A stretch of 64,000 nucleotides of DNA from Acutalibacteraceae bacterium (GTDB taxonomy: Bacteria > Bacillota > Clostridia > Oscillospirales > Acutalibacteraceae), in assembly GCA_045638545.1 (NCBI GenBank), contig JAZUBL010000055.1:880-64879 (forward strand), read 5' to 3'. The position numbers and the translations under genes were made by a program. Positions 37,885 through 46,006 of the stretch are shown here, in pieces (the first letter of the stretch is position 1; each line of letters opens with the position of its first letter). The notes beneath the pieces are model-generated. The model saw only the letters and a list, made by a program, of their open reading frames with translations, did no database searches and was not told where the DNA came from.

Positions 37885-38622
37885 ATGGCAAGAGTATATT
37901 ATGATTTCCATCTGCATTCCTGCTTGTCACCTTGCGGTGATAATGACATGACACCATACAATATTGCCAACATGGCGAAGTTTCTGGGCTTTGACATGAT
38001 CGCACTGACTGATCATAATTCCTGTTTGAATTGTGAGGCTGCTGTAAAAGCAGGGGAGCAGGCTGGAATCCTTGTTGTGCCGGGTATGGAACTTTGTACG
38101 ATGGAAGAAGCGCACGTTGTGTGTCTGTTTCCAACTGTAGATGACGCAATGAACTTTCATGCATATGTTCAGGAGAACACACTGCATATTCCAAACCAGC
38201 CGGAGATTTTCGGACGGCAGCTGCTGATGAATGAAACAGATAAAATTCTGGGAGAAGAGCCGAATCTGCTGATCAATTCCGCAAACATCAGCGCCAGCTC
38301 AATCGTAGATTTAACAGCAAAATATCACGGAACGGCATTTCCGGCTCATATTGACCGTTCTTCCTATAGCCTGGTAGCTAGTCTTGGTGTGATTCCGGAT
38401 GATGCGAATTTTTCCACTGTGGAAATCAGCTATGACGGAGACATCATGATGATGCAGCGTTCAAACCCTGAAATTATCGGGAAAGTTATGCTGCAGAATT
38501 CCGATGCGCATTACCTGGAACATATGCGTGATCCATATCCATGGCTGGAGCTGGAGGAAAAGTCGGTGGAGTGCCTGATTGAAACACTGCAGGGGAAACG
38601 GGAAACAGAGTGGAACCTGTAG
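37885..38622 (+). CDS. PHP-domain metal-dependent phosphoesterase
   Basis: 245 aa. N-terminal YYDFHLHSCLSPCGD and ..ALTDHNS.. are characteristic PHP His/Asp motifs. The gene begins 4 nt after the previous stop. Confidence 0.75.
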   Translation: MARVYYDFHLHSCLSPCGDNDMTPYNIANMAKFLGFDMIALTDHNSCLNCEAAVKAGEQAGILVVPGMELCTMEEAHVVCLFPTVDDAMNFHAYVQENTLHIPNQPEIFGRQLLMNETDKILGEEPNLLINSANISASSIVDLTAKYHGTAFPAHIDRSSYSLVASLGVIPDDANFSTVEISYDGDIMMMQRSNPEIIGKVMLQNSDAHYLEHMRDPYPWLELEEKSVECLIETLQGKRETEWNL

Positions 38623-38837
38623 CGAAATTGCTGGGATTGCCATAATATTCTGCATAAAAAAGTATGTGAAATTTTTAGCGAAATCTGCTAATTTTTTAAC
38701 ATGTAGATAGGTGATTTAGTCACAGTTGCGCAAAAAGAATTATGCTATATTAATTGTGCGGACAATTACTACGTAATAAAAAATTGAAATTGCTCATTTT
38801 TATTACAAATCAAAACTTTATATTTTGTGCAATTTGT

Positions 38838-38878
38838 TCGCTCTATTTGGATGATTTTATAAATTTTCCATAGAGCGA
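38838..38878. promoter_or_regulatory. Inverted repeat TCGCTCTAT-N23-ATAGAGCGA upstream of hydrogenase operon 1
   Basis: 9-bp perfect arms (extendable to about 12 bp with a 2-nt bulge) bracket an AT-rich segment containing TTATAAA, about 70 nt before the hydC1 start. Confidence 0.35.
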
Positions 38879-38948
38879 TTTTATATGTCCGAATTTGTAC
38901 AAAAAGTAATTTTATTGAATTTTCAGGAAAACCAAGGAGGCTTACAAA

Positions 38949-39452
38949 ATGACGGAGAGTTCTTACAACTATCGCACTCCTTCTTCGCTGTTAGTGGAGG
39001 TCGCTAAGATCGCCGCACGCTATCGTGGACAGCCGGACCAACTGAGCAAGGTTGCTTGGGAAGTAAAGAGAATCGTGCCTGTTTTGTCTTATGACGTGGC
39101 AAAAGTAATTGCCCGTGAGATGGGCATGAGCCTTTCTCAGGTCTACAACTTCGTAACCTTTTATGCAATGCTTTCTACAAAACCACATGGTAAATACACC
39201 ATTCGTATTTGCAGAAGCGCACCTTGCCATGTTAACGGTGCTGCAGAAGTAGTACATGCAATCGAAGATCAGCTGGGCATCAAAATGGGTGAGACCACAG
39301 AAGATGGCCGCTTTACTTTAGAGTACTGTCCATGTCTTGGTCTGTGCGATATCGCACCGGCTATCATGATTAATAAAAAAGTTTATGGTAATCTGACTGC
39401 AGATTCCGTTCGTGATCTTATTAAAATTTATATCCGGGGAGAGATTAAGTAA
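38949..39452 (+). CDS. NuoE-like [2Fe-2S] subunit of NAD(P)-linked [FeFe]-hydrogenase (HydC-type), operon 1
   Basis: 167 aa with the thioredoxin-like 2Fe-2S motifs CRSAPCH..CPCLGLCD. Confidence 0.85.
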   Translation: MTESSYNYRTPSSLLVEVAKIAARYRGQPDQLSKVAWEVKRIVPVLSYDVAKVIAREMGMSLSQVYNFVTFYAMLSTKPHGKYTIRICRSAPCHVNGAAEVVHAIEDQLGIKMGETTEDGRFTLEYCPCLGLCDIAPAIMINKKVYGNLTADSVRDLIKIYIRGEIK

Positions 39453-40753
39453 TGAAAGAAGTATTGATTCTGCTCCGAAACCGGGAACGCTATGAAGATG
39501 GTTCCTATAATCCATTTGATGCAAAAGAGTATATGGCTACTGAAGGCTTTGCAGGCCTGAAGCGCGCTCTTACAATGACCAGCGACTATATCATTAATGA
39601 AGTGAAAGAGTCCGGTCTCCGCGGCCGCGGTGGCGCAGGTTTCCCAACCTGGAGAAAGATGTCTTTCTGCGCTGGCGATGCTGAAGTAAAGTATGTAGTC
39701 TGCAACGCTGACGAAGGCGAACCAGGCACAAACAAAGACCGTGTTCTGCTGACAGTTGACCCATGCGCAATTTTTGAAGGCATGGCAATCGCAGCAAAGG
39801 CAATCGGTGCACAGCGTGGTTATCTGTATCTCCGTGCTGAGTACCGCTACATGGTTCCGGATCTGGAAGCTGCACTGCAGAGCTGCCGTGACAACAACTG
39901 CCTCGGCGACAACATTTTTGGCAGCGGTTTTAATTTTGATATTGAGATCCGTATGGGTAACGGCGCTTATGTTTGCGGTGAGGAAACTGCACTGTTTGAA
40001 TCCATCGAAGGTAAGCGCGGTGAGCCTCGTTTCCGTCCACCATATCCGGCAACACACGGCCTGTTCGGCAAGCCAACACTGCTGAACAACGTAGAAACAC
40101 TGGCAAACCTGGCACCGATTTTCCGTAATGGTGCAAAGTGGTATGCAAGCCATGGTACCGAAGGCAGCACAGGCACAAAGCTGTTCACTGTTTCTGGTAA
40201 TATTGCTCGCAAGGGCGTTTTCGAGCTCCCAATGGGTGCCAACCTGAAGGAACTGATCTTCGACTTCTGCGGCGGCGTAGCAGACGGCTATAATCTGCTG
40301 GGCGTTCAGACCGGCGGTGCATCCGGTGCGATCGTTAATGCTGACCAGATTGACGTAAGTCTGGATATCGACCACGTTTCTGCATCCGGCGGTCGTCTGG
40401 CTTGCGGTACTATCATGGTATATAGTGACAGAAACTGCATCGTTGACATTCTGCGCAACGATCTGGACTTCTTCCGTGAGGAATCCTGCGGTCAATGTAC
40501 ACCGTGCCGTGAAGGCACATTCGAGCTCTATCGCCTGGTAACTAAGATTTCTCAGGGTAAGGGTTCTATCGAAGATCTGAATACCATTGATGAACTGTGC
40601 GAAGTTATGCGCAACACTGCTCTGTGCGGCCTTGGCGTATCTGCAACAGTTCCTACCACAACCTGTATTCAGAATTTCCGCAAGGAATTCCTTGCACATA
40701 TTGATGGCGATTATTGCCACAATTGCAGTATCAGTGGAGGTGACGAAGAATGA
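39452..40753 (+). CDS. NuoF-like FMN/NAD(P)H subunit (HydB-type), core-only form, operon 1
   Basis: 433 aa; GLRGRGGAGFPT, ..CGQCTPCREG.. It lacks the N-terminal 2Fe-2S domain and the C-terminal 2x[4Fe-4S] domain present in the operon-2 paralog. Confidence 0.85.
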   Translation: MKEVLILLRNRERYEDGSYNPFDAKEYMATEGFAGLKRALTMTSDYIINEVKESGLRGRGGAGFPTWRKMSFCAGDAEVKYVVCNADEGEPGTNKDRVLLTVDPCAIFEGMAIAAKAIGAQRGYLYLRAEYRYMVPDLEAALQSCRDNNCLGDNIFGSGFNFDIEIRMGNGAYVCGEETALFESIEGKRGEPRFRPPYPATHGLFGKPTLLNNVETLANLAPIFRNGAKWYASHGTEGSTGTKLFTVSGNIARKGVFELPMGANLKELIFDFCGGVADGYNLLGVQTGGASGAIVNADQIDVSLDIDHVSASGGRLACGTIMVYSDRNCIVDILRNDLDFFREESCGQCTPCREGTFELYRLVTKISQGKGSIEDLNTIDELCEVMRNTALCGLGVSATVPTTTCIQNFRKEFLAHIDGDYCHNCSISGGDEE

Positions 40754-42474
40754 TTAATCTTACAATTGATGGATGTCCTGTTTCTGCACCTGCTGGAACT
40801 ACAATTCTCGAGGCTGCTCGCCAGGTACATATTAAAATCCCAACCCTCTGTTATCATGAGGACCAGGCTGTTAAAGCAAACTGCCGTATCTGCGTTGTTG
40901 AGGTAAACGGTAACCCAACACTGCAGACTGCTTGCTCCACACCAATTGCTGAGGGCATGAACGTTAAAACAGTTTCTTCCAGAATTACACGCTATCGCCG
41001 TGACATTCTGGAGCTGATTTTTGCGCGTCATCCACACGACTGCCTCTCCTGCCAGAAAAACGGCAGATGTGAGCTTCAGACTCTCGCGGCACAGCTGGGT
41101 GTACAGCGTCATAAGAACCGTTATCACCACGATGTTCGTAAGATCCCGGTAGATACCAGTTCTCCATCTATTACTCGTGATCCGGCAAAATGTATTCTTT
41201 GCACACGCTGCATCACTGCATGTAAAGAACTGCAGTCTGTTGACTGTATCGCAAAAGAAAACCGCGGTTATCATACCAACATCGTTCTGCCATATGGCCT
41301 TAAGCTGGCAGACACAGCTTGCGTAAACTGTGGCCAGTGCTATCAGGTATGTCCAACAGGCGCAATCACAATTCATGATGATTCCTGGAAAGTATATCAG
41401 GCAATGGACGAGGGCAAGGCTGTTGTTGCACAGATCGCTCCTTCCGTTCGTATCAACCTGGCAGAATGTCTGGGCGCAGAGCCTGGTACAGTATCTACAG
41501 GTCGTCTCGTAACAGCAATGAAGAGACTGGGCTTCACAAAGGTACTCGACTCCGACTTTACTGCTGACCTGACAATCATGGAAGAGGGTACAGAGCTTCT
41601 CGGCAGAATCAAGAACGGCGGCGTAATGCCAATGATCACTTCTTGCTGTCCTGCATGGATCAAGTTCTGTGAAACATACTTCCCAGATCAGCTCGACCAT
41701 CTCTCCAGCTGTAAGTCCCCACAGCAGATGTTTGGTCCACTGATCAAGACATGGTGTGCAGAGAAGATGGGTCTTGACCCTGCAAATGTTTACTCTGTAT
41801 CCGTTATGCCATGTACAGCAAAGAAGTTCGAAGCAGCTCGTGCAGAAATGAATGCAAGCGGCTATCAGGACGTTGACGTTGCTCTGACTGTTCAGGGTCT
41901 GGCAGACATGATCGTTGCTGCTGGTATCCAGTTTGATGAGCTGGAAGAAACTCCATTCGATTCTCCAACAGATACAGGCTCCGGCGCTGGTCTGATCTTC
42001 GGTGCAACAGGCGGTGTTATGGAAGCTGCCCTGCGTACAGTATATGAAGTTGTAACTGGTGAAACACTGCCAAAGCTGGAACTGGAAGAAGTTCGCGGCA
42101 TGGAAGGCATCAGAACTGCAACAATCGACCTGAAAGGCACACCTGTTCGTGTATGCGTAGCACACGGCCTGGCAAATGCTCGTAAGGTTATGGAGCAGGT
42201 AAAAGCTGGCACAGCTCCATATGATTTCATCGAAGTTATGGCTTGCCCAGGTGGCTGCATCTCCGGCGGCGGTAATGCTCCAAGAACATGGGCGAAGGTT
42301 GAAGCTCGTGCAAAGGCAATCTACGAAGCTGAGAAGGATCTCCCAGTACGTAAGTCTCACGAGAACCCGGTTATCACAAAGATTTACGAAGAATTCCTTG
42401 GCGAACCAAACAGCCATAAAGCACACGAATTACTTCACACAACTTATGTTGATCGCAGTGATTTGATTCGCTGA
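40750..42474 (+). CDS. hydA: [FeFe]-hydrogenase catalytic subunit (M3-type, HydA1)
   Basis: 574 aa. N-terminal 2Fe-2S, a His-ligated cluster region (HPHDCLSC..C) and 2x[4Fe-4S]. H-cluster motifs are canonical: TSCCPAW, MPCTAKKFE, EVMACPGGCISGGG. ATGA overlap with the previous gene. Confidence 0.9.
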   Translation: MINLTIDGCPVSAPAGTTILEAARQVHIKIPTLCYHEDQAVKANCRICVVEVNGNPTLQTACSTPIAEGMNVKTVSSRITRYRRDILELIFARHPHDCLSCQKNGRCELQTLAAQLGVQRHKNRYHHDVRKIPVDTSSPSITRDPAKCILCTRCITACKELQSVDCIAKENRGYHTNIVLPYGLKLADTACVNCGQCYQVCPTGAITIHDDSWKVYQAMDEGKAVVAQIAPSVRINLAECLGAEPGTVSTGRLVTAMKRLGFTKVLDSDFTADLTIMEEGTELLGRIKNGGVMPMITSCCPAWIKFCETYFPDQLDHLSSCKSPQQMFGPLIKTWCAEKMGLDPANVYSVSVMPCTAKKFEAARAEMNASGYQDVDVALTVQGLADMIVAAGIQFDELEETPFDSPTDTGSGAGLIFGATGGVMEAALRTVYEVVTGETLPKLELEEVRGMEGIRTATIDLKGTPVRVCVAHGLANARKVMEQVKAGTAPYDFIEVMACPGGCISGGGNAPRTWAKVEARAKAIYEAEKDLPVRKSHENPVITKIYEEFLGEPNSHKAHELLHTTYVDRSDLIR

Positions 42475-42488
42475 TAAATAACTTTTTA

Positions 42489-42535
42489 AGCAAAACTCGG
42501 AATCAATTTGATCCGGGTTTTGCTTTGTTTATTTT
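42489..42535 (+). terminator. Intrinsic terminator after hydrogenase operon 1
   Basis: 13-bp stem AGCAAAACTCGGA / TCCGGGTTTTGCT followed by a T-rich tail. Confidence 0.7.
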
Positions 42536-42758
42536 ATCTAAAAATAACAGAATTATTTTATCTATATCGACACCTATGTAGTAGATAGGAAAAAAATAAC
42601 CTGTTTTTTTACTATAAAATCGGATAAAGATGTAAAATATGCATAGCTTTTTTGAAATATTTATGGTAAAATAAAGCAGATATCGATTACTAAAAATGAT
42701 CCATTAATCATTCGTTCTTAATAATTTATATCGAAGATTTTGCAAGGGAGGAATAGCG

Positions 42759-43256
42759 ATGCAAAAGCGAATCAGTAAAATGCCTTTTCAGGGTACAGAA
42801 GAACAGCAGCAGAAGCTTTTCGAGGCTATCGACAAGCTGAAGGATGAAAAGGGTGCAATTATGCCAATCCTTCAGGAAGCACAGAATATCTATGGTTACC
42901 TGCCAATCGAGGTTCAAACCATGGTGGCTGAGCGCACAGGCGTAGCTCTGGAAGAGATTTATGGCGTATCCACTTTCTACTCTATGTTCGCACTTACACC
43001 AAAGGGTAAGTACGACATTTCTGTATGTTTGGGTACAGCTTGCTACGTTAGAGGCGCACAGGATCTGATTGACAAGATCTCTGAGGTTCTCAACGTTCAG
43101 CCTGGTGATTGCACACCAGACGGCAAGTTCTCTCTCACAGAATGCAGATGCATTGGTGCATGCGGTCTTGCTCCGGTTCTTACCATTAACGAAGAAGTTT
43201 ATGGCAGACTGACAGCAGATGATATCCCAGGTATCCTGGCTAAGTACATGGATTAA
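42759..43256 (+). CDS. NuoE-like [2Fe-2S] subunit (HydC-type), operon 2
   Basis: 165 aa; CLGTACY..CRCIGACG. Confidence 0.85.
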   Translation: MQKRISKMPFQGTEEQQQKLFEAIDKLKDEKGAIMPILQEAQNIYGYLPIEVQTMVAERTGVALEEIYGVSTFYSMFALTPKGKYDISVCLGTACYVRGAQDLIDKISEVLNVQPGDCTPDGKFSLTECRCIGACGLAPVLTINEEVYGRLTADDIPGILAKYMD

Positions 43257-43261
43257 TCGCC

Positions 43262-43804
43262 ATGCGAGAGTTGTCACTGAATGTAATGGATGTGGCTCAG
43301 AACTCGGTTGTGGCCGGCGCTACGCTGACAACGATTCGTGTTGTGGAGCAGGGGAACCATTTACAGATTGAAATCAGGGACAATGGAAAAGGGATGACAG
43401 AGGAGCAGGTAAAAAACGTGACTGATCCGTTCTTTACCACAAGAACCACCCGCAAGGTTGGCCTTGGTGTGCCTCTGTTCAAAATGCAGGCGGAAATGAC
43501 AGGCGGCGGACTGACAATTACCTCCAAACCGGGAGAAGGCACGGATGTGGTTGCCACGTTTGATATGTCCCATGTGGATATGATTCCAATTGGTGACATG
43601 GAGTCGACGATTTTGTTATTAATTACCTGTAATCCGGACTCCGATTTTGTCTACTACCGATGTCATGACGACCGGTCATTTACGCTGGATACAAGGGAAC
43701 TCCGGACTGTGCTTGGCGAAGACGTTCCGCTGAACACACCGGATGTTGCAGAATGGATCAAAGAATTTTTACAAGAGAATTTAGATTCGATTCAGGGAGG
43801 ATAA
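43262..43804 (+). CDS. Stand-alone histidine-kinase-like (GHKL) ATPase embedded in hydrogenase operon 2
   Basis: 180 aa. N-box VAQNSVVAGA, G1 DNGKGM, G2 GLGVPL, ..GEGT.. No DHp/phosphoacceptor or sensor domain. Confidence 0.7.
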   Translation: MRELSLNVMDVAQNSVVAGATLTTIRVVEQGNHLQIEIRDNGKGMTEEQVKNVTDPFFTTRTTRKVGLGVPLFKMQAEMTGGGLTITSKPGEGTDVVATFDMSHVDMIPIGDMESTILLLITCNPDSDFVYYRCHDDRSFTLDTRELRTVLGEDVPLNTPDVAEWIKEFLQENLDSIQGG

Positions 43805-43811
43805 ATTTATC

Positions 43812-44180
43812 ATGAAATCTTTAGCAGAATTGCAGGCAATTCGAGATAAAGCTCGCAGCCAGATGGCTGCAAGAGAGAACGGCGAAGAAAATACCCGCGT
43901 TCTTGTTGGTATGGCTACCTGCGGTATCGCAGCAGGCGCTCGCCCAGTTCTCACAGCATTAATGGACGAAATTTCCAAGAGAGGACTTTCCAAGGTTACT
44001 GTTACACAGACAGGCTGCATTGGCATCTGCCAGTTCGAGCCAATCTTCGAAGTTCTCGTACCAGGCCAGGAGAAGGTTACTTATGTTAACATGACACCTG
44101 AAAAGGCTGTTCGTGTTGTTAACGACCACCTGGTAAATGGCAACGTAGTATCTGAATTTACAATTGGCGCAAATACATAA
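43812..44180 (+). CDS. Thioredoxin-like [2Fe-2S] ferredoxin subunit (HndB-like)
   Basis: 122 aa; ..VGMATCGIAAG..QTGCIGICQFEP.. Confidence 0.75.
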   Translation: MKSLAELQAIRDKARSQMAARENGEENTRVLVGMATCGIAAGARPVLTALMDEISKRGLSKVTVTQTGCIGICQFEPIFEVLVPGQEKVTYVNMTPEKAVRVVNDHLVNGNVVSEFTIGANT

Positions 44181-44198
44181 TAAAAGGGGGAAATGAGT

Positions 44199-45986
44199 AT
44201 GTATCGTTCCAACGTTCTTGTTTGCGGCGGTACCGGCTGTACAGCGAACCACAGCAAAGATGTTATTGCAAAGCTGCAGGAAGAAATCAAGCTGAAGGGC
44301 CTGGATAAGGAAGTTAACGTTATCCAGACAGGCTGCTTTGGTCTGTGTGCAGAAGGTCCAATCATGATCGTATATCCGGAAGGCGCATTCTACAGCAGAG
44401 TAAAAGCTGAAGATATTCCGGAAATCGTTGAAGAACACCTGCTTAAGGGCAGAATCGTAAAGCGTCTGCTTTACAAAGAAACCGTAGAGGAAGATGTTAT
44501 TCATTCTCTCAATGATACACCTTTCTATAAGAAGCAAATGCGTATCGCACTGCGCAACTGCGGCGTTATCAACCCAGAAGTTATTGATGAATACATTGCA
44601 ATGGATGGCTATGCAGCACTTGGCAAGGTTCTGCTGGAAATGACACCAGAGCAGGTTATTGAAGAAATCAAGGCTTCTGGTCTCCGTGGCCGTGGCGGCG
44701 GCGGCTTCCCAACAGGTATCAAGTGGAGCCTCGCAGCAGCTTCTCAGTCTGATAAGAAGTTCGTTTGCTGTAACGCTGACGAAGGTGACCCAGGTGCATT
44801 TATGGATCGTTCCATCCTGGAAGGTGACCCACATGCTGTTCTGGAAGCAATGGCAATCGCTGGTTATGCAATCGGTGCAGACCAGGGTTACATTTACATC
44901 CGTGCTGAGTACCCAATCGCTGTTCACCGTCTCCAGATCGCTATTGATCAGGCTGGTGAAATGGGTCTCCTCGGCAAGAATATCTTCGGTACAGACTTCT
45001 GTTTCGACATCGAGCTCCGTCTTGGTGCTGGTGCATTCGTATGTGGTGAAGAGACAGCTCTGCTGGCTTCTATCGAAGGCAAGCGCGGTGAGCCAAAGTC
45101 CCGTCCACCATATCCGGCAGTTAAGGGTCTGTTCGAGAAGCCAACACTGCTGAACAACGTAGAAACATACGCAAATATCGCTCAGATCATCCTCAACGGT
45201 GCTGAGTGGTTCAGCAAGATCGGCACAGAGCGCTCCCACGGTACAAAGGTATTTGCACTGGGCGGCGCTATCAACAACACAGGTCTCGTAGAAGTACCAA
45301 TGGGTATTACACTGCGCGAAGTTGTTGACGAAATCGGCGGCGGCGTTCTGGGCGGCGGCAAGTTCAAGGCAGCTCAGACAGGCGGCCCATCCGGCGGTTG
45401 TATCCCTGCATCCCTGCTGGATGTTGAGATTGACTATGACAACCTGGTAGCAATCGGCTCCATGATGGGTTCCGGCGGTCTCATCGTTATGGACGAGTCT
45501 ACCTGTATGGTTGACATCGCTCTGTTCTTCCTCCGCTTTACTGTTGACGAGTCCTGCGGTAAATGTACAGCTTGCCGTATCGGTACACGTCGTCTCCTCG
45601 AAATGCTCGAGAAGATCACAGAAGGCAGAGGCGAGCCAGGTGATCTGGAGCGTATGGAAGCTCTTGCTGAGTACATCAAGCAGAACTCCCTGTGCGCACT
45701 CGGCCAGTCCGCTCCAAACCCAGTTCTTTCTACCCTCAGATACTTCCGCGATGAGTACGTTGCTCACGTTGAAGAGCACCGTTGCCCAGCAGGCGCATGT
45801 AAGGCTCTCACAAACTACATCATCAAGGCTGACAAGTGTGTTGGCTGCACAGCTTGTGCAAGAGTATGTCCTGTTGATGCAATCAGCGGCAAGGTTAAAG
45901 AACCACACGTTATTGATACATCCAAGTGTATTAAGTGCGGTGCTTGCGTTGAGAAGTGTAAGTTCGACGCAATTTACAGAGGCTAA
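44199..45986 (+). CDS. NuoF-like FMN/NAD(P)H subunit (HydB/HndC-type), full-length, operon 2
   Basis: 595 aa from the second ATG (MYRSNVLVCGGTGC..), 8 nt after AAAGGGGG. It has an N-terminal 2Fe-2S domain, GLRGRGGGGFPT, CGKCTACR, and a C-terminal CVGCTACARVCP / CIKCGACVEKC. Confidence 0.9.
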   Translation: MYRSNVLVCGGTGCTANHSKDVIAKLQEEIKLKGLDKEVNVIQTGCFGLCAEGPIMIVYPEGAFYSRVKAEDIPEIVEEHLLKGRIVKRLLYKETVEEDVIHSLNDTPFYKKQMRIALRNCGVINPEVIDEYIAMDGYAALGKVLLEMTPEQVIEEIKASGLRGRGGGGFPTGIKWSLAAASQSDKKFVCCNADEGDPGAFMDRSILEGDPHAVLEAMAIAGYAIGADQGYIYIRAEYPIAVHRLQIAIDQAGEMGLLGKNIFGTDFCFDIELRLGAGAFVCGEETALLASIEGKRGEPKSRPPYPAVKGLFEKPTLLNNVETYANIAQIILNGAEWFSKIGTERSHGTKVFALGGAINNTGLVEVPMGITLREVVDEIGGGVLGGGKFKAAQTGGPSGGCIPASLLDVEIDYDNLVAIGSMMGSGGLIVMDESTCMVDIALFFLRFTVDESCGKCTACRIGTRRLLEMLEKITEGRGEPGDLERMEALAEYIKQNSLCALGQSAPNPVLSTLRYFRDEYVAHVEEHRCPAGACKALTNYIIKADKCVGCTACARVCPVDAISGKVKEPHVIDTSKCIKCGACVEKCKFDAIYRG

Positions 45987-46006
45987 AGAAAGGAGTGTTT
46001 CAAGAA

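Noticed and set aside
38623-38948. Rex (NADH/NAD+ sensor) operator upstream of hydrogenase operon 1, with the same question for 42536..42758 upstream of operon 2.
   Set aside because: Only half-site matches were found (for example ATGTGAAATTTTTAGCGAA). No full TTGTGAA-N4-TTCACAA palindrome was found by eye, and a position-weight-matrix scan would be needed.
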